Positions 6,871 to 16,111 are shown, numbered from the stretch's first letter. The stretch is DNA of 47,264 nt from an uncultured Ruminococcus sp. (GCA_964403645.1 CAYOGQ010000002.1:1-47264), one strand, 5' to 3'. A program made the numbers and translations. Notes: generated by a model from the sequence alone, not told the origin.

Positions 6871-9405
6871 ATGACGAAAACAACAAATCCGGCGGGGCTT
6901 ACAACCGAGGAAGCCAAACGGCTTCAAGAACAGTTTGGCAAAAACGAACTTACTCCGCAAAAAAAAGACAATTTTATTAAAAAAACATTACACATTATCT
7001 GTGAACCCATGTTCTTATTACTGTTGATCGCGGCGACCATTTACTTTTTGCTGGGTGAGCCGCGGGATGGTATCATCATGCTGATTTTTGTGGTGGGTAT
7101 TATCAGCATTGACGTAATACAAGAATGGAAAACCGATAAAACGCTGAACGCTTTAAAGGATTTATCAGCGCCTCATATAAAAGTTATCAGGGACGGACGT
7201 GAACAGACCATCGCCAGCGCCGATCTTGTCCCCGGTGATCTGATGATGATCTGCGAAGGCGTCAAAATCCCCGCAGACGGAGTGGTGGTGAAGTGCGCTG
7301 ACTTGTGCGTGGACGAATCTTCCCTGACCGGGGAGTCCGTAGGCGTTTGGAAAGTGACGGAAAACAATTCGAATCCGTCCGGCGATTACTGGCGAAATGA
7401 TTACTGTTATGCGGGTACGCTTGTTACGCAGGGAACGGCGACTGTCCGCGTGGAAAAAATCGGTTTGATCACCGAGTACGGTAAAATCGGTAAACACATA
7501 GCCGCCGCCCCGCAGGAGGAGACCCCGCTCCAAAAACAGACCGGCAAGCTGGTTAAAACCTGCGCCGTTATCGCAAGCGTTCTGTTTGTGCTGGTGGGTG
7601 TTTTTACCTGGCTGGATATACCCGACCATGAATTTATGGATCGGTTGGTGGAGAGCGTCCTCTCCGGCGTGACGCTGGCTATGGCAATGATTCCGGAGGA
7701 GTTCCCTGTCATCCTAACCGTTTTTCTCTCCATGGGCGCATGGCGGCTGGCTAAAAAACGCTCCCTTGTGCGCACGCTCCCCAGCGTTGAGACCTTAGGC
7801 GCGGTTTCGGTGCTGTGTGTTGATAAAACGGGTACCATCACGATGAATCAAATGTCCGTGCAGGAGCTTTGGGTGGCATCCGGCGAAGAACAAGACATGG
7901 TGGAAATAATGGGACTCGGCTGCGAGACCGACACCTACGATCCCATGGAAAAGGCCATGCTCGCTTATTGCGAAGCCCGCGGTATCACTCGGGAGCATCT
8001 TTTTGAAGAAAGCGGTTTTCTCACAGAATATGCTTTTACCAATGAATTAAAGATGATGGGGCATGTCTGGCAGCACGACGGAGATATCCTGATTGCGGCC
8101 AAGGGCAGCCCGGAGCGGATTTTCACCGTTTGTGAGCTGACCGAAGAACAGCGAACGGAAGCGGAACGTCAAAGTCTGGAGCTTTCCGGGTTGGGTTTGC
8201 GTGTCATCGCTGTCGCAACCGCAAAACTGAATGACAAAACGGAAATTCCCGCTTCTATCACCGACTGCCGCCTTACGCTGCTGGGTCTTGTGGGGCTTGC
8301 CGACCCTCCCCGTGAGAGTGTAAAAGCGGATATTGCCGTTTGTAACAGGGCGGGTATCCGCGTGGTGATGATCACCGGCGACAACAGCGTCACGGCTTCG
8401 GCGATTGCCAAAAAGATAGGCTTATTGCATGGGGACGAAATTATCACCGGCGATATGCTGAACAATATGAGCGATGACGAGCTTTGTAAAGCTATCAAAA
8501 AAGTTTCCATTTTTTCGCGGGTTGTGCCGGAACATAAAATGCGTATTGTAAAAGCGTTCAAGCAAAACGGTGAAATTGTCGCCATGACCGGCGACGGAGT
8601 GAACGACGCGCCGGCTCTTAAATATGCCGACATCGGCATTGCAATGGGTAAAAGGGGCAACGAGGTTTCACGGGAAGCCGCCGATCTTATTCTAATGGAC
8701 GATAATTTCACCACTATTGTGGAAACGGTGAAAGACGGCCGCCGTATATATGACAACATCCGCAAAGCGGTGGGCTATGTCTTTACAATCCATATTCCCA
8801 TCGCGCTTTCGGCTCTGCTGGCGCCGTTTCTTGGCATTTTACCTTCCGCGCTCCTGCTCCTGCCCATCCATGTGGTATTGCTGGAAGTGCTTATCGACCC
8901 TACCTGCTCCATTGTTCTGGAACGTCAGCCCGCTGAAAGCGATATCATGGAACGCCGTCCCCGCGACCCGAAAGCAAAGCTATTGACCGCGGGATTGCTC
9001 AGTAAAAGCATTTTACAGGGGATGACGGTTTTTGCCGCTTCCTTTGGTTCTTATTTCGCGGTGCTGGCAAACAACCCCGCAAACGCACCCACAGCCCGCT
9101 CCATGGGCTTGACCGTCATCATGCTGGCAAACCTGTTCCTGGTACAGGTCAACAGCTCCGAATATGATTCTTTCTTCCATTCCCTGCGTCGCCTGATGAA
9201 AGACAAAGTGATGTGGGCGGTTAATTTCGGCACACTGCTGCTTATCGGTTTGATATTGTATACGCCATTATCAGGCGTTTTGAAACTGTCCGCGTTGCCG
9301 CTGCCGTTGTTGTTGACCGCTTTGGGGCTTTCGGCGGCATCCGTTTTATGGTATGAACTCGTTAAGCTTTTGAAGCTGAAAAAGCGTCTGTCATTAAAGC
9401 GTTAA
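6871..9405 (+). CDS. Cation-transporting P-type ATPase (P2-like; ion specificity unclear)
   Basis: 844 aa with CVDKTGTIT phosphorylation motif, MITGDN, and MTGDGVNDAPALK hinge. The TM4 motif is PEEFP, not the PEGLP I associate with Ca-ATPases. Confidence 0.9.
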   Translation: MTKTTNPAGLTTEEAKRLQEQFGKNELTPQKKDNFIKKTLHIICEPMFLLLLIAATIYFLLGEPRDGIIMLIFVVGIISIDVIQEWKTDKTLNALKDLSAPHIKVIRDGREQTIASADLVPGDLMMICEGVKIPADGVVVKCADLCVDESSLTGESVGVWKVTENNSNPSGDYWRNDYCYAGTLVTQGTATVRVEKIGLITEYGKIGKHIAAAPQEETPLQKQTGKLVKTCAVIASVLFVLVGVFTWLDIPDHEFMDRLVESVLSGVTLAMAMIPEEFPVILTVFLSMGAWRLAKKRSLVRTLPSVETLGAVSVLCVDKTGTITMNQMSVQELWVASGEEQDMVEIMGLGCETDTYDPMEKAMLAYCEARGITREHLFEESGFLTEYAFTNELKMMGHVWQHDGDILIAAKGSPERIFTVCELTEEQRTEAERQSLELSGLGLRVIAVATAKLNDKTEIPASITDCRLTLLGLVGLADPPRESVKADIAVCNRAGIRVVMITGDNSVTASAIAKKIGLLHGDEIITGDMLNNMSDDELCKAIKKVSIFSRVVPEHKMRIVKAFKQNGEIVAMTGDGVNDAPALKYADIGIAMGKRGNEVSREAADLILMDDNFTTIVETVKDGRRIYDNIRKAVGYVFTIHIPIALSALLAPFLGILPSALLLLPIHVVLLEVLIDPTCSIVLERQPAESDIMERRPRDPKAKLLTAGLLSKSILQGMTVFAASFGSYFAVLANNPANAPTARSMGLTVIMLANLFLVQVNSSEYDSFFHSLRRLMKDKVMWAVNFGTLLLIGLILYTPLSGVLKLSALPLPLLLTALGLSAASVLWYELVKLLKLKKRLSLKR

Positions 9406-9412
9406 CAGCGTT

Positions 9413-9457
9413 AACAACCGGTTTATGATTTAATCATAACCCGGTTGTTTTGTTATT
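9413..9457 (+). terminator. Rho-independent terminator of the ATPase gene
   Basis: AACAACCGG...CCGGTTGTT outer stem plus an inner TTATGAT/ATCATAA stem, followed by TTTTGTTATT. Confidence 0.8.
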
Positions 9458-9495
9458 ATAGTATTCAGTTAATCTTAAAGCCGAAGCTCAGGCTT

Positions 9496-9541
9496 ATTAT
9501 TTCAATCAGTATGATTCCATAACTTTATCGAGGTCGACCTG
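9496..9541 (-). pseudogene. 46-nt relic of the 3' end of an SBP gene (duplicate of 11271-11316)
   Basis: 43/46 identical to the last 14 codons plus stop of the SBP gene at 11272-12825. It reads QVDLDKVMESY then a premature TGA. Confidence 0.8.
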
Positions 9542-9551
9542 AGAAGCTTAA

Positions 9552-9607
9552 TTTAAAACAAACGCTGCGTCAAGGATAAAACCCTGACGCAGTCTTCATT
9601 TATGAAT
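9552..9607 (-). terminator. Terminator hairpin downstream of the sigma-factor gene
   Basis: Stem CTGCGTCA/TGACGCAG (9565-9572 / 9585-9592). On the minus strand it is followed by CGTTTGTTTTAAAT. Confidence 0.7.
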
Positions 9608-11164
9608 TTACATCATTATTAATGTGTCGCAAACCGCATTATCTGGAATATGAATCTTCCCATTTCGTATCCAGTCTGCGGTAATCGCCTTGAACATCGC
9701 GACAAAGACATGAAATCCGTTACGGTCAGCCGCTTCTTTCAGATGCTTGGGGAATAGTTTGATATAACCGTTTAAATATTTTTTGATTTGTTCAGTATAG
9801 AACGGAAGGAAATCAGCAAAAATTTCTTTTGCCAAGGCAATGTACAAGTCATACTCTGCTTTGGTAAATACCGGGATGGCGCAAACAACTTCATTTGCTT
9901 CATTTTTAGCAAGATATCCATCCGCTATGAGCTTCGCGGCGACTTCCTTTTGTTTGTCGCCAAGCTCTTTATTCGTTAAAACAGCATGAAATATGTCAAT
10001 CTCGTGGTCATACATCATCTTGCGATATTGAAACGGCGCAAAATGATATGAGTAATGCGCTAATTTCCCGCTCTCATAATTATTCATGGATTTTTCCATT
10101 CCGATACCAATAGCAGTTTCAAATGATTCGTCTTGCATAAAACCGATATAGTCCCACCGGCAGCCATCATATTTCTGTTTAACGCATGTATATTCGGTCG
10201 GTTTGTAATCCGGTACGAAATTGTCGAGCAACATCACCGATAATAAACAGAGCATTTCGTCAAACGAACGGCCGGAAGATTGTATTCCCGATGAAATTAC
10301 TTTTTCCGTGAGCTGATGCGATAAAAGATAAAATTTTTCCGATACGGCTGTTACAACTTCATTGGAATGTTCGAAGGCATAACCGTTTATTTTCGTGTCG
10401 AAAAGCAAAAAATTGGTTTGCACGGTAAATTTAGACGGACTGATGACCGCTTCGCGTTTGATAAGATTGTTAATTCGTTCCTCAATATAGAACGCAGGCA
10501 CGCCTGTTAAAACGGATAACTGTTCTACTGTCTTAGGTTCACGATACGCATACCACAAAATATTTTGGGACAATGCGTCTTCAATGTACTGCCAGGGGAA
10601 TGGTCTGTCATCGCCGTTGTAATTCCCCTCACCCGCAATACGAATTTTTAATTGCGCGGGCTTTAACGCGGTTTCATTCATTTGATTGCACTCCTTTTTT
10701 AATTTATCCCGAGCCAGCGAAAGGCGATAAGTTACAGTGCCTTCCGGCAGCCCGAGTTTTTGGGAGATAGCTTTACAGGATAAATTATCGTAATAATGCA
10801 TCACAATAATATCCCTGTATGCGGCGGACATTTGAGCGATTTTCCTGCGTAAGACCTGATATTCTTCATCGATTATAAAATTATGTTCATCCTCGAACGC
10901 CAAAGTCGCCACGTCATCGAACGACATAATTCCGCGGGTTTTTGCTTTGCCGCGCTTGAATACTTTAAGCGTTATATCGGCAAGCCGCCAGAACCACGGT
11001 TCGAATTTTTTATCATCCCGCAGATCATTGATACTTTTAATCGCTTGAAATAAAATCTCCTGCGTCAATTCTTCCGCTTCCTCTCGCGAAAAGGTGCGGG
11101 TAATCGACCATGCGTAAGTTTTATCAAGCATTTCAGAAATACGCTCATAGTCCACTTTTTTCAC
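9608..11164 (-). CDS. ECF-type sigma-70 family factor with a roughly 350-aa C-terminal extension
   Basis: 518 aa. Region 2 (EELTQEILFQAI...FEPWFWRLA) and region 4 (YRDIIVMHYYDNLSCKAISQKLGLPEGTVTYRLSLARDKL) lie within the first 165 aa or so. The rest has no TM segment and includes a possible winged HTH (KTVEQLSVLTGVPAFYIEERINNLIKREAV). GGAGGAGG RBS. Confidence 0.85.
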   Translation of the reverse strand: MKKVDYERISEMLDKTYAWSITRTFSREEAEELTQEILFQAIKSINDLRDDKKFEPWFWRLADITLKVFKRGKAKTRGIMSFDDVATLAFEDEHNFIIDEEYQVLRRKIAQMSAAYRDIIVMHYYDNLSCKAISQKLGLPEGTVTYRLSLARDKLKKECNQMNETALKPAQLKIRIAGEGNYNGDDRPFPWQYIEDALSQNILWYAYREPKTVEQLSVLTGVPAFYIEERINNLIKREAVISPSKFTVQTNFLLFDTKINGYAFEHSNEVVTAVSEKFYLLSHQLTEKVISSGIQSSGRSFDEMLCLLSVMLLDNFVPDYKPTEYTCVKQKYDGCRWDYIGFMQDESFETAIGIGMEKSMNNYESGKLAHYSYHFAPFQYRKMMYDHEIDIFHAVLTNKELGDKQKEVAAKLIADGYLAKNEANEVVCAIPVFTKAEYDLYIALAKEIFADFLPFYTEQIKKYLNGYIKLFPKHLKEAADRNGFHVFVAMFKAITADWIRNGKIHIPDNAVCDTLIMM

Positions 11165-11229
11165 CTCCTCCGTTTATAAAGTGCAATAATAAATCGTTTC
11201 ATTGGATTTTTCAGATATATTTTTGCGCT

Positions 11230-11262
11230 AAAGAACCCCCGCGCTTTCGGCGGGGGTTCTTT
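11230..11262 (-). terminator. Strong hairpin between the SBP and sigma genes
   Basis: AAAGAACCCCCGC / GCGGGGGTTCTTT, a 13-bp stem. The U-tract is partly inside the stem. Confidence 0.6.
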
Positions 11263-11271
11263 AGGTATATA

Positions 11272-12825
11272 TTATTTCAGTCCGTATGATTCCATAACTT
11301 TATCGAGGTCGACCTGCGCGGCTTCGGCTATCGCCTCATATTTTGATGTAAACGCACCGCTGGCGGAGGTCATTATGTTTTGGAGCATGGTCGGCAGACT
11401 CGTACCGCTGGAGGAACCTATGTTGTAAATGATACCGATATCGCATCCGCGTGTGTTCAGGATGAGTTGCAGCATTTCTATGGAATCCTCGTCCCTCGTC
11501 TTTTGATACTTCAATGTGCGCTGCTCGTATTCATAGGCGACCGTGGAGGATGAATAATAACCCATCACGTCCAGCACCGCTCCCGCGAAATAGGCTTCTT
11601 CTTCGGAAAGGGTAAAGGGAACGGCGAAAGCGTTGCCGGTCCAGGGATTGATGAGCGAATAATAGGAGTCCTGGGAATCGTCATATTTGGGGGTGGGGAG
11701 CACGCCGAAATCGTCTTCCATGGCGGCGAAATAATGCATAAACGCCATATTGTCGCTGAAAAACAGCACTCTGCCTTCAATAAACGCTTTGCCGGTGCAG
11801 TCATAAGTCGGCTCCGCGGCGTCGCTGAAATAGTTGTTGGCTGAAATATAATGCTGACCGTCGCGGAACATGGTGTACATTTTTTCCGCCACGTCGACGG
11901 AGCGCGTATTGTACATGGAGAGAGCGAGCGTGCCGTCGCTCTGCGGGGAAACCAGCTTTTCGCCGGAAGCGAAGAAGAAGTTCCAGCTGTCGTCCGCCTG
12001 ACCCGCCCAGCCCACGGAATCCTTATAGTCGATTTTACTGTTGTTGTCCTCGTCGATAGAGAGCAGTTTTGCGTATTGATATGCCTTGTCAAAGGTCCAT
12101 TTATTTTCGCGAACCAGTCCGTACAGATCAGACGCGCTGATGCCGAGGTTGCCGGCGAGGTTTTTGTTAAAATATACGACGGGGGTTGCGTTCTTGTTGG
12201 TCAGCCCAATGTCCCCGAGGGTAAAATAAAGGCAATCGTTGATGGTCATGGATTCGTTGAATGATTGATCCCACCACGGGTTTTCGGTGTTGATGGAGGG
12301 AATATCACGAAGATTCCAGAAGTTGCCCTCCGCCGCCAGCGTGCCGCAGTCGTAAATGGAGGGGGCACAGACGTCGAATGTATAGCCGCTGCCGGCGATC
12401 TCGTTCCTGATATAAGTGAGCATTTGCCCGCCGACGCGCCCGGATTCGACCACGCGCTCCTTTATGACTATATTGAGCCGCGCTTCCGTCTGGCGGTTTC
12501 GTTCGGCGATAGCTTCGTTGACGGATTCCGTGAGCCAGCTTTTACTGTCTTCGGTAAGCTCGTTGGTCAGGATTTCCGATAAAATCCCGGTTCCGCCGAG
12601 GACCAATACCGTAAATTCGGCGCCGCCGAAATTTTCCGTGACGATATCCGGCTCGGCGCTTGATTCCGCGGAGGAATCGGTTTCGCCGTCACTTTCGATA
12701 TCTTGACTTTCGGCTTTTGAAACGTCGGTGGAAGAATTATCGCTGGCGGTTTCCGAGCAGGCGGCCATAACAGCAGCGCAAGTCAAAAAAACGACAGCGA
12801 GGAAAACGGATAAAACTTTTTTCAT
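11272..12825 (-). CDS. Extracellular solute-binding lipoprotein (family-1 SBP, large roughly 500-aa class), orphan
   Basis: Signal peptide with lipobox (VMAAC/S) and an acidic linker. It is homologous by eye to the SBPs at 21083 and 22700 (YFNKNL...NKWTFDKAY versus YFNKDL...NEWTLDKMY). Confidence 0.85.
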   Translation of the reverse strand: MKKVLSVFLAVVFLTCAAVMAACSETASDNSSTDVSKAESQDIESDGETDSSAESSAEPDIVTENFGGAEFTVLVLGGTGILSEILTNELTEDSKSWLTESVNEAIAERNRQTEARLNIVIKERVVESGRVGGQMLTYIRNEIAGSGYTFDVCAPSIYDCGTLAAEGNFWNLRDIPSINTENPWWDQSFNESMTINDCLYFTLGDIGLTNKNATPVVYFNKNLAGNLGISASDLYGLVRENKWTFDKAYQYAKLLSIDEDNNSKIDYKDSVGWAGQADDSWNFFFASGEKLVSPQSDGTLALSMYNTRSVDVAEKMYTMFRDGQHYISANNYFSDAAEPTYDCTGKAFIEGRVLFFSDNMAFMHYFAAMEDDFGVLPTPKYDDSQDSYYSLINPWTGNAFAVPFTLSEEEAYFAGAVLDVMGYYSSSTVAYEYEQRTLKYQKTRDEDSIEMLQLILNTRGCDIGIIYNIGSSSGTSLPTMLQNIMTSASGAFTSKYEAIAEAAQVDLDKVMESYGLK

Positions 12826-12847
12826 GGGGATTTCCTTTCAAAGGTTT

Positions 12848-13870
12848 TTAAATTCTATTTGCCAATAAAAAAATCAATAAGTACAGGACGCCGAAAAATA
12901 ATACGATTTTGGGGATAATCATCGCTTTTCTGCGCTCGTTGCGGCGTTCCTGCTCCGCAAGCTTCTGGATAACCTTTTCGTAATCTTCGATTTTTTTCTG
13001 AATTTCTTCGTCGGTTTCAGCTTTTTTGTAAGATTTGAACTTGGACTTGTTGCGCAGCATGACGTCGCTTTCTCGCTTTAACTCCATCACCGTTTTTTCT
13101 AATTTATCGTCGGTGATGTGCTCCATCTGCCAGTCGCGGTCGCGTTGACATATACGGCATTTTTCATCCGAAACCAGATTTTTATACCCGCAGCAGCAAA
13201 GCCAAGCGGTTTCGGTTTGCTGCGGTATCACCCGTGTGGGATGGTATTGCTCCGCCTGGCGGTATATGTTGACCGAAGAAAAAGCATATTTTTTTTCGTC
13301 GTTTAATTCTGAAAACCGTCGGCTGCGGTTTTGCACGACGATGTTCAGTTTTTCCGCCGTGCCGTCGCCGTAGGTTACGCCCGTTATTTCCAGTTCGATT
13401 TTTTTAAAGTAGCTTTCGGGGATGCGTATGTACGAAGCCTTGCCGAAGGATTCGAATATGTCGATGATTTCGGATTTGTTCTTACCCCCGATAAGTTTTT
13501 CGGAAAAATGCTTTTTGCTCTCTCCGGCTTTGGCGCGCTGCCCGAAAGTTATGTTGCGGTATGAATAATTAAACGGAATTTTTGTATAAGGCACGTTTGC
13601 GTCCCGATACAAAAACAGCCGTATATCCAGGCTGCTTATGGTTTTTCTGGATAGGTTCTGAAAAGTGAACACGGCGAAAATTTCATTTGACTCGATATCG
13701 GAAACCACGTACCCTTCGAGAACCTGAACCGGCGAATGCGGTATTATCGCGGAAAAATCAAAATATTCGACTACCCTTAAAAGCCTGCGGCGGTCCTTTT
13801 TTATCTGCTTCTTCTGTTTGCGGCTGTACTTTACGTTAACGGCTTCCGTAGCTACCACTCCTTTTGTCAA
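12848..13870 (-). CDS. Hypothetical tail-anchored protein with zinc-ribbon and coiled-coil segments
   Basis: 340 aa with WLCCCGYKN...CRICQRD Cys cluster, a K/E-rich helix, and a single C-terminal TM (IIPKIVLFFGVLYLLIFLL). A TTG start overlaps the upstream stop; the start is uncertain (GTG at 13858 is possible). Confidence 0.6.
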   Translation of the reverse strand: MTKGVVATEAVNVKYSRKQKKQIKKDRRRLLRVVEYFDFSAIIPHSPVQVLEGYVVSDIESNEIFAVFTFQNLSRKTISSLDIRLFLYRDANVPYTKIPFNYSYRNITFGQRAKAGESKKHFSEKLIGGKNKSEIIDIFESFGKASYIRIPESYFKKIELEITGVTYGDGTAEKLNIVVQNRSRRFSELNDEKKYAFSSVNIYRQAEQYHPTRVIPQQTETAWLCCCGYKNLVSDEKCRICQRDRDWQMEHITDDKLEKTVMELKRESDVMLRNKSKFKSYKKAETDEEIQKKIEDYEKVIQKLAEQERRNERRKAMIIPKIVLFFGVLYLLIFLLANRI

Positions 13871-14673
13871 AATATATCTTCTGGGTTTTTCAAATAACCC
13901 TTGACCGTATAGGCATCAACCCGCTCAAAAGGGATGTTTTCATATGAACGCGTCCGGAAACCTTCGGCATATTCGATGCGTTTATACCTCACCTCGTATT
14001 CGAACGGACTGTTGAAAACATATGGCTTAAACTCGGAAATATTCGATGCCGCCCGCTTGACTTCTTCATATATTTCGCCGCAGACCGCTTTGGGGTGCTT
14101 AGATACGCAGTTGTTCCAGGCAAGCCCGATTTTGGTGGTCACCGCGGGTATATCGCCGAAGCTTTCGCGCGCCTGAGCGACGCAGATATCGTCGGACGAA
14201 ATGAAGATTACGGGCGTGTGATTTTTGCCGGCGATAGCGCCGTCAATCTGCGCTTCTCCGACAAATTTGCCGTCAATTTTTTGATATTGAAAGGTTGCCG
14301 ACGAGTAGACATGGGCGAGCACGCCGGACGGGGTATCATAGGCATGATAACCGATTAACAGCACTCCGTCAAAGCCTGTTTCGATAAGCGGAAAGCGCTT
14401 CCCGCTCCCCGCCCCCATAACAATTTTAACCCTCGGGTCCAGTGCGTCGTAGTCGAGGTTATAGCCTTTGGCATGGCAGTCCCAAACCCAGATCTCGGCG
14501 GCGCCGCTGTCGAAGAGTGCCGTCGCGGCGGCGTTGGCTTCCCGCGTGCCCTGTTTTGCCGCGTATGTATAGCCGGGGGTGTCGAACGCCAAACCCTTAC
14601 CGTATTCGCCGATAACCCCAGCCACGCCTTCGAGGTCGACGCTTATATAAAACCTTCCGCCGTGTTTAAACAT
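13867..14673 (-). CDS. M55 family metallopeptidase (DppA-type D-aminopeptidase)
   Basis: 268 aa. The N-terminal FYISVDLEGVAGV motif and the size are typical of peptidase M55. Confidence 0.8.
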   Translation of the reverse strand: MFKHGGRFYISVDLEGVAGVIGEYGKGLAFDTPGYTYAAKQGTREANAAATALFDSGAAEIWVWDCHAKGYNLDYDALDPRVKIVMGAGSGKRFPLIETGFDGVLLIGYHAYDTPSGVLAHVYSSATFQYQKIDGKFVGEAQIDGAIAGKNHTPVIFISSDDICVAQARESFGDIPAVTTKIGLAWNNCVSKHPKAVCGEIYEEVKRAASNISEFKPYVFNSPFEYEVRYKRIEYAEGFRTRSYENIPFERVDAYTVKGYLKNPEDIF

Positions 14674-14754
14674 AACCCTTCTCCTTTTATAATTATCCCG
14701 ATATCATTATAACAATAATTCTAATTCATTTCAAGAGATTTTTAACGATTTCCA

Positions 14755-14783
14755 TTGCAATTTTATAATATATGGTTTATAAT
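14755..14783 (+). promoter_or_regulatory. Sigma-A type promoter (TTGCAA, 17 nt, TATAAT)
   Basis: -35 at 14755-14760 and -10 at 14778-14783. It would give a leader of about 140 nt before the HAD gene. Confidence 0.55.
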
Positions 14784-14928
14784 CATCCCGTTGCGGAAAT
14801 AATTAAGGTGTCCTCAAAAAACTGTCTGAAAGTTTTGTATAAACTTAGAAAACGCGTTATATATCATTTATTGTATTTTAATTGGCGGTTTTTAGAAGTT
14901 GCCTTAAGGTGAGTGTCAGGGTGTAATC

Positions 14929-15723
14929 ATGAGTAAAAACATCGGCGGGCTGTTAAAGAACAAAAAGCTGTTCATACTCGATATGGACGGTACGATATAT
15001 ATCGACGAAACGCCGATCCCCGGCGCGCGCGAATTTATCACCGCCGCGAGAGATCGCGGTATCAGGATAATCTATTTCACCAACAATGCCTCCAAGAGCA
15101 TTGCCATGTACTACGAAAAGCTTAAACGACTGGATTTTCCCGTTTCCGAAGGCGACATCATCTCCTCCGCCGACGTGACGATTGACTTTTTGCTATGTCA
15201 CCACAAAAACGCAGCGGTTTACCTTGTGGGGACCAAGGCGCTTGAAGCATCTTTCGCGGAAGCGGGAATAACGCTTTCCGACGGAGCGAGCGCCGATATA
15301 GTCGTGGCGTCCTTTGACACCACCCTCACTTATGAAAAGGTCAAAAACTCTTGCAATCTGATACGCGGCGGAGCGTTGTTCTATTCGACCCACCCCGACC
15401 TCAACTGCCCTGTCAAGGATGGCTTTATTCCCGACAGCGGCGCCATATGCGCCATGATAACCGCTTCGACGGGCGTGATGCCCCGCTATTTCGGAAAGCC
15501 GCATTTTGAGACGGCAAAATATCTCGCTTCCCGCGCGGGTGTCGACTTTGATTCCGCGGCGGTGGTGGGAGACCGCCTTTACACCGACATAGCTTTGGGG
15601 AAAAACCACGGGATAACCTCTATCCTCGTTCTATCGGGTGAAACAAAGATAAACGACATCAACGATTCGTGCCGTCCCGACTTTATCTTTGAAAATATCG
15701 GAAAATTGATCAAAGAAATATAA
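14929..15723 (+). CDS. HAD-IIA family hydrolase (NagD-like sugar/nucleotide phosphatase)
   Basis: 264 aa with FILDMDGTIY (motif I), IIYFTNNASKS and VGDRLYTDI motifs. Confidence 0.85.
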   Translation: MSKNIGGLLKNKKLFILDMDGTIYIDETPIPGAREFITAARDRGIRIIYFTNNASKSIAMYYEKLKRLDFPVSEGDIISSADVTIDFLLCHHKNAAVYLVGTKALEASFAEAGITLSDGASADIVVASFDTTLTYEKVKNSCNLIRGGALFYSTHPDLNCPVKDGFIPDSGAICAMITASTGVMPRYFGKPHFETAKYLASRAGVDFDSAAVVGDRLYTDIALGKNHGITSILVLSGETKINDINDSCRPDFIFENIGKLIKEI

Positions 15724-15740
15724 AAATTTACAAAAATCTA

Positions 15741-15769
15741 TTGACATCAAATTCCTGTAATGCTATAAT
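15741..15769 (+). promoter_or_regulatory. Consensus sigma-A promoter (TTGACA, 17 nt, TGcTATAAT)
   Basis: -35 at 15741-15746, 17-nt spacer, TG at 15761-15762 and TATAAT at 15764-15769. Confidence 0.85.
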
Positions 15770-15801
15770 CTTGAAAGATAATAAATTCCGGAGGATTAAC
15801 T

Positions 15802-16044
15802 ATGAAATCTACGGGCTACGTTAGAAAGCTCGACATGCTTGGAAGACTTGTCGTACCTATGGAGATACGAAAAGCTCTGAGCATCAACGAAAATGATAAA
15901 CTCGAATTCTATACCGAGAATGATTCGATTATTATCAAAAAATTCATTCCTGTTTGCGATTTTTGCGGTAATGCAGATGACCTCGAAACATTCCGCGATA
16001 AACCCGTATGCACGAAATGTCTTGAAGAGCTTAGAAAACTGTAA
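15802..16044 (+). CDS. abrB: AbrB-family transition-state regulator (SpoVT/AbrB swapped-hairpin domain with C-terminal Cys4 motif)
   Basis: 80 aa. MKSTGYVRKLDMLGRLVVPMEIRKAL matches the AbrB N-domain. The C-terminus has CDFCG...CTKC. GGAGG RBS. Confidence 0.85.
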   Translation: MKSTGYVRKLDMLGRLVVPMEIRKALSINENDKLEFYTENDSIIIKKFIPVCDFCGNADDLETFRDKPVCTKCLEELRKL

Positions 16045-16053
16045 CTAGCCGAA

Positions 16054-16096
16054 GCGACGCCTAAAAGATTATCTTTAAGGCGTTGCTTCATTTTTA
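16054..16096 (+). terminator. Rho-independent terminator of abrB
   Basis: Long hairpin GCGACGCCTaAAAGA-TTA-TCTTTaAGGCGTTGC followed by TTCATTTTT. Confidence 0.8.
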
Positions 16097-16111
16097 CATG
16101 AGTTTTATAAA

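Noticed and set aside
6628-6980. Three overlapping small ORFs in the ATPase leader: 6628-6831(+), 6646-6960(-) and 6720-6980(+).
   Set aside because: They have no RBS, are mutually exclusive, and one runs into the ATPase start. I treat the region as a non-coding leader. The ATG-6655 peptide is mentioned only as a weak possibility.
10985-11000. A GGTTCGAAT (T-loop-like) string suggesting a tRNA.
   Set aside because: It lies inside the sigma-factor coding sequence, and no acceptor or anticodon stems can be drawn around it.
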